Assembly (NCBI RefSeq): GCF_006345805.1
Contig: NC_043011.1
Location: forward strand, 55,936,464-56,000,463
DNA length: 64,000 bases
DNA from: Octopus sinensis
Lineage: Eukaryota
Direction of reading: 5' to 3'
Shown here: positions 13,126 through 26,870 of the stretch, in pieces
Layout: each line of letters begins with the position of its first letter
Numbering within the stretch: position 1 is the stretch's first letter
Made by a program: the position numbers and the translations under genes
The notes under the pieces: generated by a model
Database searches by the model: none
Told to the model about the DNA's origin: nothing
What the model saw: only the letters and a program-made list of their open reading frames with translations

Positions 13126-14409
13126 ATATATATATATATGTATGTATATACACATCATTTGAAGTGCACAGTGTTATATATCCATTACCAATCAATTTCA
13201 CACTAGGAGTTCAACAGAGTGTTAGGTAACCGCCTGATTGTGTAACCCCGCACTTATCAGAGATATCTGTTATGGAATAAAATGTGGCAACTGCTCTCTC
13301 TCCACCTCTCTCTCTATATATATATGTATATTGACTGCTAAATCCACAAGTTTTTATTTTTATTCTCTCTGTTTATTTCCTCGTGTTTCTGTCTGCTGAA
13401 GAGCATAGGCTCAAAATGCAAAAGACTTTCTCACCTTCCCAAGCACCAAACTAATACACCTGCTTGTTGTTTATACACCTGTCTTCATCTTTTGTTTTTC
13501 TGTAAATTTCAACTATATATATAATTCTTTAATTGTTTCCGTCACTGGACTGTGGCCATGCTAGAAAGAGCCATTGACCCCAAAATAGAGTGTCACAGTG
13601 CCACATTAAGTAGAGAGCATGCATTTTGCACTCTTACCAAATTTCTTGAGTTTTTGCATCTCAACAGAGATGTCTTTGAAATGTTTAAAATGCTTTCCTG
13701 GAAGCAGTATACACTGTGAACAGTTTTTTTTCTTCTTTTCTGAAGCAGTAAATGATCAAAGACGCATCAGCAGAATTCCATGCTAAAAGACTGGACTGTT
13801 TAGGCAGAATAGTCAACATACAGATAACCTGAATCTGTCAAAGATGTCATTCTTTATTTTGCAGTAAAACATCAAACCAAGATAATTACCATTCTGTACT
13901 GCATGTGTTTCTGTTATTCCTAACAGCCATTGCCACCTTTCATATCTCATTCTTTATATTCAGTGTAACTTTGTATTATATTGAGAAGTAATTTTAAACA
14001 TCATTTATTATTATTATTTACAATTTGATATAACTAGATTATCCGAACATGGCCGTTGCCAGCCTCCCCTGGCACCTGTGCCAGTAGAACATAAAAAGCA
14101 CCCACAACACTCACAGAGTTGTTGGCGTTAGGAAGGGCATCCAGCTGTAGAAACACTGCCAGATCAGATTGGAGCCTGGTGCAGCCTTCTGGCTTCCCGA
14201 CCCTGGTTGAACCATCCAACCCGTGCTAGCACGGAAAGTGGACATTAAACGATGATGATGATGATGATAATTAGATTTATAAAAACTTGTTATATTATTT
14301 AAAAACTTTACCCAGCCTCATAATTTTCAGGCCAAACCTAGATCAGGCTGCTATAAAATGCTGGTACCACAGCTATCTACGAGAACCCTTTGTGTGGATT
14401 ATTATTCTT

Positions 14410-14880
14410 TTTTTCACTAGGCACAAGGCTCGAAATTTGGGGGGAGAGGGCTTGTCAATTAGATCGAACCCAGTATACAACTGGTACTTAATTTATCAAT
14501 TCCAAAAGGATAAAAGGCAAAGTCAACCTCGGCGGAATTTGAACTCGGAACGTAATGGCAGACGAAATACCTATTTCTTTACTACCCACAAGGGGACAAA
14601 CACAGAGAGGACAAGCAAGGACAGACAAATGGATTAAATCGATTACATCGACCCCAGTGTGTAACTGGTCCTTATTTAATCGACCCCGAAAGGATGAAAG
14701 GCAAAGTGGACCTCGGCGGAATTTGAACTCAGAACGTAGCAGAAGACGAAATACCGCTAAGCATTTCGCCCAGTGTGCTAACGTTTCTGCCAGCTCACTG
14801 CCTTTTTTAACAGATTAAGTCGATTATATCGACCCCAGTGCGTAACTGGTACTTAATTTATCGACCAGCTCGCCGCCTTC
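14410..14880 (-). mobile_element. Cluster of about three SINE family D copies or fragments
   Basis: The motif CTGGTACTTAATTTATC / GCAAAGTCxACCTCGGCGGAATTTGAACTC recurs at ~14480, ~14665 and ~14845. Confidence 0.8.
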
Positions 14881-15698
14881 ATGGTGATTATTATTGTCAT
14901 TATAACAAATCTGCAGAAAATGTAGGGAAGAAATTCCTGGTATGAACCCACGCCTATAATGGAGAGGCTTGATAACAGCAGCACCAACAATGCAAGGATA
15001 TTGATCCTCCATATTTCAACAACAGAAATATGCTGGATCAAAGGAGAGCCCTTTTAAGCTACAACTAAGGAAGTCCTGTTTTAGGATTTCAGAGAGGCAC
15101 AACATTACATCACTGGTCATAAGATGTTTTAAAGAAAAGTGAATGCCATACAGGATAAAATGGAAGCTCCTGGAACAGAAGCAGATGATGCAAATTTTGC
15201 TTGGTCAAGAGGGCAAGAACCCTAAAAACTTCGATTGGTCCACAGGCCTTCTTAAATTCAAAAAGTGAAGTGTTTTGTCATTAGAGAAAAATTCGTATTG
15301 AAAACTCGAGCTTCCCTGATTGCTGACTCGTGAACAGAAAAAATGTACATAAACTGACCCTTTTTTGGACACAGCTAGAATCAATCAAAGGGAGATAACT
15401 CAGTCTCATTCAAAAGGGGTTTTCTCTTCAAAGAATTTTGTATTGTTTTTTTTTTTCTTTTACCAAGCTGACCAAGTCTGTAGTCCATTAGAAAAGAGTT
15501 TATGTGCCTCCATCCACTAACTCTGATGAGTGACCTATACTACTAAGAGTAATAATTGATGTGAAACCAATGGGAATTTTCTAACTGGTCATAACCAACA
15601 ACTACATAATATATATACATATATATATATAATAGACCTTTATATAAATAAATAACGTGAAATACACGAAGGGACTATATATATATATATATATATAT

Positions 15699-15753
<55 letters not shown>

Positions 15754-15768
15754 AATATTATGTAAATG

Positions 15769-15817
<49 letters not shown>

Positions 15818-15831
15818 ATATATATATATAA

Positions 15832-16159
15832 TTGCAGTGTAGAAGGTGTTTATAAGCCATTTAAGAAACACACAAAAACCGTTAGATTCACTTCAACATT
15901 TAAATTTAATTTGTCAAAATATTTTCGCCGCTTTGAGACCGTGACCTGTTCACTGACAAAACTTCATGGTCAGTGAACAGGTCGCGGTCTCAAAGCGATG
16001 AAAATATTTTGACAAATTAAATTTAAATGTTGAAGTGGATCTAACGGTTTTTGTGTGTTTCTTAAATGGCTTATAAACACCTTCTACACTGCAAATGTTT
16101 TCGTTCCAGCACACGATCTCAGATCAGGTCATTTGCTATGCAAGTACATCTCCGTAACA
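15832..16159. mobile_element. Foldback (long inverted repeat) element, copy 1, Penelope-like terminus
   Basis: 126-bp arms (15832-15957 and 15969-16094), an 11-nt loop and a ~65-bp unique tail, inserted between (TA)n tracts. Homologous to 44679-45003. Confidence 0.85.
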
Positions 16160-16393
16160 TATATATATATGTGTGTGTGCGTGTGTGTACATATTATGTA
16201 GTTCCACAAGTATGAGTGTGTAGTCAAAAAGTTTTTCGTACAACAACAAAGGTGAAAAAAAAAGAGTTTAATGAATGAAGTCCACAGACGCTCATTTGAC
16301 AGATTCACTTTACTATATACAATGCAATAGAGATTGATTCATTAGAAACTCACAGCCAAAAGTGTTATTGTTCAGAAATGTGTGTTTGCATAT

Positions 16394-16436
<43 letters not shown>

Positions 16437-16442
<6 letters not shown>

Positions 16443-16740
16443 ATCACATGACCGACCAGACCATCAGATGTTGCTACACATCGCTGGTCACAATGCGTTC
16501 GCATTGTCTTAGCCTTCGAATGACGCCACCCCGCTGGCTAAGCTAGCAGGCCAACAGAAGAAAGAGTGAGAGAAAGAGTGGTGAAAGAGTACAGCAGGGA
16601 TTGCCACCCCCTGCCGGAGCCTCATGGAGCTTTTAGGTGTTTTCGCTCAATAAACACTCACAACGCCCGGTCTGGGAATCGAAACCGTGATCCTATGACC
16701 GCTAGTCCGCTGCCCTAACCACTGGGCCATTGCACCTCCA
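16437..16740 (-). mobile_element. tRNA-derived SINE, family A
   Basis: Reverse complement of the same tRNA-like head and body as 17731, with a different 3' tail that is shared with 46455-46753. Confidence 0.85.
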
Positions 16741-17730
16741 CACACACACACACACACCACACACACACACACACAAACACACTACCTATCTAGCAGTATA
16801 TTGGATATATATTATCCCATGGTGGGTTGAATTTTCAACCCCTATCTCATTTTATAACCTATATATATATATATATATCTGCATATATATATTTCCATAT
16901 ATATAGATATATATTTGTGTGTGAGAAAGAGAGAGAGAGAAAGAGGTTGGGGAGAAATAGAGGGAAGAGGGTGCAAGAACTAATCAGTTAAAAAACTGTA
17001 TTTCATGCAATAATTTGTTGCTAAAACTAAGATCTTTGTACTTTCACCTCCCAATCAAAAGGAATGATTTTATTATAAAAATATTATTTATGTTGGTTCT
17101 ATTTATATCCTTTGTTTTTTTAATGAAATCTGGTTGACAGAATTTATATGCTTTTGAGAATACCATACAAAGCTTGCAAATGACCCAAGCCAGATGTGAA
17201 ATTATGGCCCCAGTTTAAATTGCTCATTAAATATTTTAATAATTAATACTAAATATATTTTTTATTTATGTATGAAATGTGTATAAGGCATGGTTGTGTG
17301 ATTAAGAAGTTTGCATTGCAACCACATTGGTTTCAGGTTCAGTCCCATTGCACAGCACCTTGGTCAAGTGACTTCTACTTTAGTTTTGGGCTGACCAATG
17401 TCTTGTGAGTGAATTTGGTAAATGAAAATTGTGTGGAAATCTGTGGTGTATGTAAAAGATAAAAGATATATATTACATTTGGTGTACCTGTTGTTCTTAC
17501 GAGTAACAGAACAGAATAAAAGGAACAAGAACAATCAACAAAAGACAGGTAATTCTTTACCAAAATGTCTCAAGTTATCTTGACCGTCTGATATCTTATC
17601 AACCCATATCAAACCCATAGTATTAGTGGTGTAACTAAAGAGGAGGCTGGTCCATCAATCTATATTTGCTCCCTGGTTATCCTAACAGCTTTGACCAGTG
17701 GTGGTCTTGGGACAACAACAGCAGCAGCAG

Positions 17731-18115
17731 TGGAGGCGCAATGGCCCAGTGTTTAGGACAGCGGACTCACGGTCAGAGGATCGCGGTTTCGATTCCCAGA
17801 CTGGGCGTTGTGTGTGTTTATTGAGTGAAAACACCTAAGGCTCCACGAGGCTTTGGCAGAGGGTGGTGGCGACCCCTGTTGTACTCTTTCACCCCAACTT
17901 TCTCTCACTCTTTCTTCCTGTTTCTTGTCCCCGACTTCCTACGCAACCGCTGAGCCTGGATGCGCATTCATCCATCGGTTGATGCTCTCGGTGTCGGGGG
18001 GGTTGACCTGCTTTCTCTTCTGCGGGTCTTACGAATAGCAAAGGACCACATTTCGGACTTCTCCCACTACGGACGAAGACCGCTTCGCTCAACAAACAAA
18101 CAAACAAACAAACAG
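17731..18115 (+). mobile_element. tRNA-derived SINE, family A (full length)
   Basis: Head GGAGGCGCAATGGCCCAGTG (A box) ... GGTTTCGATTCCC (B box). Body shared with other copies. (CAAA)n tail. Confidence 0.85.
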
Positions 18116-18896
18116 CAACAGCAGCAATAATCTTCTGCTGTTCTTAGCATCACCCTCTTCTCTTCTCCATTTTTAAAAAAAATTTTCCCTTTCTTGTCTG
18201 TCAGACTTGATGTGATCCATGCTTCCACACATGTAGTAAATGAGTTTTCCATTCCGTACAAACAGTTTAACTGACTTCCTCTCTGTTGCCCTCAGTGGAT
18301 ATAATGCAGGTTCAGTGTTGTGGTCTTCAGGAGCACTTGGAGCCCCCCTCCCTGCAACCAATCAGATGCTCTTACAGGTCACCTCTGTACACACACACAC
18401 TCTCTCTCTATCTCTCTCTCTCTGCACCTCTCTACTACACTACAAGGTGCCTCTGATCAAACCCTGCCTACAGTCTCAGCTCATCATCAGTTTTAAATAA
18501 TCGATGCATCAAGGACCTTTATACAGTGTGCCCTTCTTTCATTTACTTCTGATATGAAGGATATTTGGCTGCTATGTCAAGCAGGTTGAATGGCCAGGTA
18601 TAGATTCTTTTGTTAGCTTACCTGACGTGTTTCTAATGAAAGTGACGTATTTATCATTTATAATTTATTATATTGGGACAGAAATTATGGTGTTTATCAA
18701 GTGGCATTAATGCTGTTGATGCACAGCAAGCACCCACATGCACGCACACACACACACACACACACACGAACACACACACTCACGCACACACACAACCCAC
18801 AAATTCACAGACATATGAGTAACATTAATGCACACACACACAGCAGCACATAAAATGTACACACACACAGACACACAAATACACACATGCACACAA

Positions 18897-18932
<36 letters not shown>

Positions 18933-19219
18933 TACTAACTGCAGTGGCCTTGCAAACCTAATTTTGTTCATGGGGGATTAATTAAATCATAAATGATTTT
19001 GGCTTAAACTAGTAAAAGAGTCAAACTCGAGTCATGTAGATTCAACTAGAGTCAATAAAACAAAGTCAACACTATGTTGTTGTTCTTGTTGTTGTTGTTT
19101 AATCTCAGGTGAAGTTTGATCAAACCATCTTAAGATCATAAGAGTCCTAGCTATGACCAATCATCCTTTTCTTTTCTTGTCAGGCAGAATATCTTAAGGA
19201 CTACATTATTCAATGTTGT

Positions 19220-19762
19220 TGTTGTTGTGTGTTCCTTCTTGAGCCATGCCTGGCTCATAAGGGCCAGTTTCCCGGTTTCCTTGGCATATAGGTTCCCTAC
19301 CTGGACAGGACGCCGGTCCGTCGCAGTTGAGCTGCAAGATGCAGGAGGAAAGAGTGAGAGAAAGTTGTGGTGAAAGAGTCAGCAGAAGTTCGCCATTACT
19401 TTCTGCCAGAGCCACGCTCATAAATGTTTCACTCATAAACACACACATCGCCCGGTTGGAGATTCGAACCCGTGATCCCTCGACCGCGAATCCGCTGCTC
19501 TAACCAATTTCTTTACTAGCCACAAGAGGCTAAACACAGAGAGGACAAACAAGGACAGACAAACGGATTAAATCGATTATATCGATTTCAGTGCGTAACT
19601 GGTACTTATTTAATCGACCCCGAAAGGATGAAAGGCAAAGTCGACCTCGGCGGAATTTGAACTCACAACGTAACGACAGACGAAATACGGCTATGCATTT
19701 CACCCGGCGTGCTAACAGTTCTGCCAGCTCGCCGCCTTCTAACCACTAGACCATGTGCCTCC
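19220..19762 (-). mobile_element. Family A-like SINE interrupted by a nested family D SINE (19507-19737)
   Basis: The tRNA-like head is split by the insertion, with TCTAACCA duplicated at 19499-19506 and 19738-19745. Confidence 0.8.
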
Positions 19763-20601
19763 ACACATTATTCAATGCCTCCTTCCTTTTTCCCCCTCTA
19801 TAAGATGGTAGAGTATGACTCGAAGGTGGGTTGAGTCCCACTCATAGCAGCTCAAGTGACCCTGTAAAAGCTCCCTCATCGACTTAAACTCAAACTTAAG
19901 TTCAAATGGGATTCATTTCTCTGTAGTGTAAGATCTGAACAAGCAGTTTTACATTTTTTTATTCCCTTTCTACTCTAGGTGCAAGGCCTAAAATTTTGAG
20001 GGGAGGGGCAAGTCAATGGCATCAACCATTGTGCTCAACTGGTACTTATTTTATTGACCCCAAAAACATGAAAAACAAAGTCGGCCTTGACACCATTTCA
20101 GCCAGTGAAAGAAATAATCCTTTCTACTCTTGGCACAAGGCCTAAAATTTTGAGGGGTGGGGCAAGTCAATGGTATCAACCATAGTGCTCAACTGGTACT
20201 TATTTTATTGACCCCAAAAACATGAAAGACAAAGTCGGCCTCGACAGAATGTAAAGCTGAAAGAAATGTCTCAAGGCATTTTGTCTGCTGCCCAAACGAT
20301 TCTGCCAGCTTATCGTCAGCTCACCAGACGAAATGTCTCGAGGCATTTTGTCTGCTGCCCAAATGATTCTGCCAGCTTATCGTCAGCTCACCAGACGAAA
20401 TGTTTCGCAGCATTTTATACATCTGTATGTTCTGAGTTCAAATTCCACCAAGATCAACTTTGCATTTCATCCTTTTGGGTTTGATAAAAAAAAAGTACTG
20501 GGGGGGGGGGGTTGATGTAATTGACTAGTCCTCACCTCCTCCAAAATTTCAGGCCTTGTGCCTATAGTAGAAAGTATTTACAGTAATTATTATTACTATT
20601 A

Positions 20602-20639
<38 letters not shown>

Positions 20640-20858
20640 TGGTAGTGAGCTGACCAAACCCTTTAGCACATCAGACAAGATGCTTCATGGCAATTTTTCT
20701 GGCCCTTTATGTTGAGTTCAAATGCCACAGAGGTCAGGTTTATTTTTCCTCCTTTCAGGGTCAATGAAATAAGTACCAGTTGCATCCTGGGGTCGATGTA
20801 GCTGACTTGTCTCCAACTTCAAATTAGAAAAAAAATCTTCTTCTTGTTATTATCAGTA

Positions 20859-21347
<489 letters not shown>

Positions 21348-21474
21348 TCTCGCCAAGTGTTTTCCTTACACCTAGGGCAGAGAAGCTCATTGTATGCATT
21401 CCCAGATTACACACGCAAATTCACAGGTAAAATATGTATTTAAAAAATTAATAAATAAATAAATAAATTCATGA

Positions 21475-22410
21475 ATAGATGTTGTTTTCACAGCGGTAAT
21501 GCTCTTCTCAGTACACATGTCGTTCCAGTTAGCCGTTACCACAGTCATGTCCAGCAGCCATTGGAACCAAAGACTTGTGTGCTGGGCATTGTCGTCCTAA
21601 TGAAACAAAACCCTTTCGTCAGTTTTCCTGGGTGTTTGGTCTTGATAGCCTTTCATAATGGATTCAACAAGATGGCATAGTTCTCTCCAATGATGGTGTG
21701 GTCCCTTTGAAGACTGTCAATAAACACAACACCTTTTGCATCCCCAAAAATTGAAGCCGTCATATTCTCTGAACATGAAATGATCTTGGCCTTCTTTGGA
21801 ACAGGTGAAGAGGAGTGTTTCCTCCGCATGGATTGTCCCTTTGTCTCAGGCTCAGAGAGCTGAACCCAACACTCATCCTGGATTAGAAAATGTTCAAAGA
21901 AACCAGATGGATCTGCCTCAAACAATGTCTGATTTTCCCATGATGTGATGAATCTGATGTGCCATTGATCAGATGTCAGAAGATGTGACACCCAATGAGC
22001 AGAAACCATTGCCATGCCAAGTTCAGTGTGCAGAATGCTCTTAACTCTCTCACAAGATATGCTAACAGCATTGGCAATGTGGCTTATAGTCCATCGTCTG
22101 TCATCCATCACCATGGGATGAACATGATCAATGTTTTCCTCTGTGGTGGCAGATGGAGATTGTCCAGACCCTGGGTCATCTTCAATACCCTTTCTTCCCC
22201 TTTTAAGTTCAGCTGCCCACTTTTGCACTGCTGATAAAACTGGAGTGTCATCACCTAATGTAGCAACCATGTCGATGAGAATGTCCTTGGGGGTTAAACA
22301 CTTTTTCTTTTCAAGTACTTGATAACACCACAATGCCAAATTTTGTCCATTTTCAAAAGAAGTCTCAACTAGTTACTTTTGAAGTCTTCTTTGAACAGTC
22401 AGATGCCAGT
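21475..22410 (-). mobile_element. Degenerate Tc1/mariner transposon (transposase pseudogene)
   Basis: ORF 21653-22339 carries mariner motifs (VQKWAAELKRGR, WVSHLL for WVPHLL, DECWV, KGVVFIDSL). A frameshifted HxDNA-type segment continues to ~21520. The third catalytic Asp region appears deleted. Boundaries are approximate. Confidence 0.9.
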
Positions 22411-22428
22411 TTATCTGAAAAGAAACAA

Positions 22429-22965
22429 TCATCATCATCATTTAACATCCGCTTTCCATGCTAGCATGGGTTGGACGATTTTGACTGAGGGCTGGCAAAC
22501 CAGATGGTTGCACCAGGCTTCAATCTTGTTCTGGCAGAGTTTCTACAGCTGGATGCCCTTCCTAACACCAACCACTCCGAGAGTGTAGTGGGTGCTTTTA
22601 CGTGCCACCGTCACGGGGCCAGTCAGCCGGCACTGGCAACGACCTCGCTTGAATCTTTTACACATGCTCCTGGTACGGGTGCCTGTAAGGCGATGCTGGT
22701 AACGATCATGCTCGAATGGTGTTTTTTACGTGCCACCGTCACGGAGGCCAGATAGCCGCTCACGCAACAATCATGCTCGGATGGTGTTCTTAATACCCTA
22801 CTAGCACGGGCACAAGTGCCAGTAAGGCAACACTGTTAACGATCACGCTCGAATGGTACCTTTTAAGTGCCACTGGCACAGAAGCCAGTTAGCCGCTCTG
22901 TCAATGATCACACTCGTATGGTGCTCTTTGCACCCCACTAGCACGGACGCCAATCATCGAATTTG
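22429..22965 (-). mobile_element. Family B SINE with multiple internal modules
   Basis: Begins with (CAT)n and TTTAACATCCGCTTTCCATGCTAGC, followed by several diverged ~55-65-bp modules. Confidence 0.85.
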
Positions 22966-23764
22966 AGAGGGATTGAAATTAATGCATGCAGGATTTCACA
23001 GCTCAAGCATCACTCTTCCATAGTCAACCTAAGAAGTCTTCAGCTCACCCGTGTGTGTGTGTGTGTGTGTGTGCATCTATAAATGTATGTATATATTGTT
23101 TTATGTATATTCACATCCATAAATGCAAACATTAACTAAAAGATTGCTTAATGCATTTAAGTAAAATTTCCCCCTTTTTTTTTCAAGGAAAACATTGACA
23201 GTGACTTCGAAGTTTCCAATAGTTGTTGGCAAAACTTTGAAGTCGCATAAAGATTCTCACATAAAATGATGATGGAAAGTTTTCGTTTAGACCTGAAGAC
23301 TTCAAAAATGACAATTTCATATCAAAGAACTCGAGGCAATATCAAGTATGTTGGCATCAAATGGATTAAAGCAGATTTCTTTCTCCATATTCTGCCTCCC
23401 TCCCCACATCTCTCTCTCTCTCTCTCCATTACCATTTAATGCAAGTAGTAACTGGATGCTGAAAAATCACTTCATATTGACAGGCTAAAAGGTCACATCC
23501 TCTATTAGATTGAGTAGCCAGAATCTAGAGTGGTCAGAGCAAGAACATTTCTTTAGCTTATGACCTTTTACAACTTAAAATACAGGGGGAAAAAAGGAAA
23601 CCTCTTTTCTATTCCTCAACCTTGAATCCTAACAATTACAGATTTTTTTCTTCTCTTCATTGAAGTAAAAAATGTAAAAGAAAAAAAGAAGAATTAAGAA
23701 TTAAGAAGCCATCATGCAGTGGCTAAGATGGATAGAAGTAATTTAGTAGCCCGAAAGTACCAGC

Positions 23765-23836
23765 CATTCTACTACTACTACAACTACTACTACCACCACC
23801 ACCACACCACCACCACCACCAATGCTGCTGCTGCTG

Positions 23837-23885
<49 letters not shown>

Positions 23886-23923
23886 CACAACTACTACTAC
23901 TACTACTAATGCTGCTGTTGCTG

Positions 23924-23959
<36 letters not shown>

Positions 23960-24025
23960 ATACTACTACTACTACTACTAATGCTGCTGTTGCTGCTGCT
24001 ACTACTACTACTACTACCACTACTA

Positions 24026-24062
<37 letters not shown>
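23765..24062. repeat. (ACT)n/(GCT)n/(ACC)n compound triplet repeat
   Basis: Seen directly in the sequence. Confidence 0.95.
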
Positions 24063-24152
24063 AGGTTTGACTAAAATATTCAATGAAATCTTCTAACAGT
24101 TTAAATACTAAACCCAAACTGATATCCAGTCTACCTGAAATGTTAAGGTAAT

Positions 24153-24153
24153 C

Positions 24154-24204
<51 letters not shown>

Positions 24205-24220
24205 ATTATTGTTATTATTG

Positions 24221-24255
<35 letters not shown>

Positions 24256-24436
24256 ATTATTATTATTATTGTTATTAATATCATTATTATTATTATCATT
24301 ATTATTATTATTATATTATTATATTATTATTATTATTGTTATTAATATCATTATTATTATCATCATCATTATTATTATTATTATTATTAATAATAATAAT
24401 ATTATTATTATATTATTAATATTATTGTTATTATTG

Positions 24437-24474
<38 letters not shown>

Positions 24475-24561
24475 GTTGTTGTTGTTGTTATTAATATCAT
24501 TATTATTATCATTATTATCATTATTATTGTTGTTGTTGTTGTTGTTGTTATTATTATTATA

Positions 24562-24596
<35 letters not shown>

Positions 24597-24621
24597 GTTA
24601 TTAATATCATTATTATTATTA

Positions 24622-24696
<75 letters not shown>

Positions 24697-24760
24697 GTTA
24701 TTAATATCATTATTATTATTATCATTATTATTATTATTATTATTATTATTGTTATTAATA

Positions 24761-24810
<50 letters not shown>

Positions 24811-24892
24811 GTTATTAATATCATTATTATTATTATCATTATTATTATTATTATTATTATTGTTATTAATATCATTATTATTATTATTATTA

Positions 24893-24930
<38 letters not shown>

Positions 24931-25048
24931 GTTATTAATATCATTATTATTATTATCATTATTATTATTATTATTATTATTATTGTTATTAATATCATTA
25001 TTATTATTATCATTATTATTATTATTATTATTATTATTGTTATTAATA

Positions 25049-25083
<35 letters not shown>

Positions 25084-25167
25084 GTTGTTGTTGTTGTTGT
25101 TGTTGTTATTATTATTATTATCATTGTTATTATTGTTATTGTTGTTGTGGTTATCATCATCATCATC
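24153..25167. repeat. (ATT)n/(GTT)n repeat, ~1 kb, with higher-order units
   Basis: A GTTATTAATATC interruption recurs more than ten times. Confidence 0.95.
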
Positions 25168-25904
25168 CAGGCGGCAAGCTGGCAGAGTTGTCAGTATGCT
25201 GGGTTAAATGCTTAGCAGCATTTTGTCCGTCTTTATGTTCTGAGTTCAAATTCCACCAAAGGTTAGCTTTGCCCTTTGTCCTTTCCAGGCCAATAAAATA
25301 AATAAGTACCAGTTATACACTGGTGACGATGCAATCGGCTTACCCACTCCTCCAAACTTGCTGGCCTTGCTGGCCAAAATTTGAAACCAACATACCAACA
25401 TATTTCAAATGAGGGCTTTTTAAAAATATCTCTAAGAATACAAGAAATTAAAACCATTATAAATACACACACACACATTTGTGTACACGTTTTCAAATTT
25501 TTGCACCAATTCTGTTTATTTTCATTTACATTTATAATATTTTTAGTCATTTCTTTAGATTTGATAATTATTTTTCTTTCCTGGTTTTTCTACTTTGACT
25601 CGTTTGTGTCTTGTGCTCGTTACATTAATTGCTTCCCAATAATAAAGAAAACTTATGTTTATGGTTAACAGGTGTGTTAACCATTCTGATGACAACTTAC
25701 CTGAAATCATTTAAGGTTTTGTTATACGAAACTGGTTTTGAAACGTGTCAGTGGATTTGCTTTGAAACCATGAAGAATAAGAGATCTTTTACTGTGAAAA
25801 CAAGCGAAGGTTTGCATCAGGAAAGGCATCCAGTTGTAAAACAATGCCTCAGTAACATAATCATCTAATTCGTGTCAACATGGGAAAATAAGCATAAAAC
25901 AAAA

Positions 25905-26870
25905 GAATAAATACATACATACACCCACACATACATACATACATACCTATAAACATACATATTCATACACACATTTGTATGTATGTATTTATGTATATGT
26001 ATGTATGTGTGTATGTATGTATGTATTTATGTATGTGTGTATGTATGTATGTATTTATGTATGTGTGTATGTGTGTATGTATGTACGTATGTATGTATGT
26101 ATTTATGTATGTATGTGTATGTATGCATGTATGTATGTATTTATGTATGTATGTATGTGTATGTATCTGTGTGTGTATGTATGTATGTATGTATGTATTT
26201 ATGTATGTGTGTATGTATGTATGTATGTACGTATGTATGTATGTATGCATGCATACGTGCATGTATGTATGTATGTATGTATGTATGTATGTATTTATGT
26301 ATATGTATGCATGTATGTATGTATGTATGTATTTATGTATGTATGTGTATGTATGCATGTATGTATGTATTTATGTATGTATGTATGTGTATGTATCTGT
26401 GTGTGTATGTATGTATGTATGTATGTATTTATGTATGTGTGTATGTATGTATGTATGTACGTATGTATGTATGTATGCATGCATGCGTGCATGTATGTAT
26501 GTATGTATGTATGTATGTATGTATTTATGTATATGTATGCATGTATGTATGTATGTATGTATTGTACTGTATGTATGTATTTATGTATGTATGTATGTAT
26601 GTATGAATGTATGTATGTATGCATGTATGTATGCATGTATGTATGCATGTATGTATGTATGTATGTATGTATGTATGTATGCATGTATGTATGCATGTAT
26701 GTATGCATGTATGTATGTATGTATTGTACTGTATGTATGTATGTATGTATGCATGTATGTATTGTACTGTATGTATGTATGCATGTATGTATGCATGTAT
26801 GTATGTATGTATGTATGCATGCATGTATGTATGTATGTATGCATGCATGTATGTATGCATGTATGTATAC
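25905..26870. repeat. (ATGT)n tetranucleotide repeat, ~1 kb
   Basis: Seen directly in the sequence. Contains an internal block duplication. Confidence 0.95.

Noticed and set aside
17731-17810. tRNA gene
   Set aside because: It has A and B boxes but continues into a SINE body repeated elsewhere, with no intact cloverleaf or terminator. The same holds for all other tRNA-like heads here.
18221-18400. Plus-strand exon after a strong polypyrimidine acceptor
   Set aside because: All frames stop quickly, and I found no convincing partner exons or recognisable protein.
23719-25215. Poly-Thr, poly-Ser, poly-Leu and poly-Ile ORFs
   Set aside because: Triplet-repeat artefacts with no splice or domain support.
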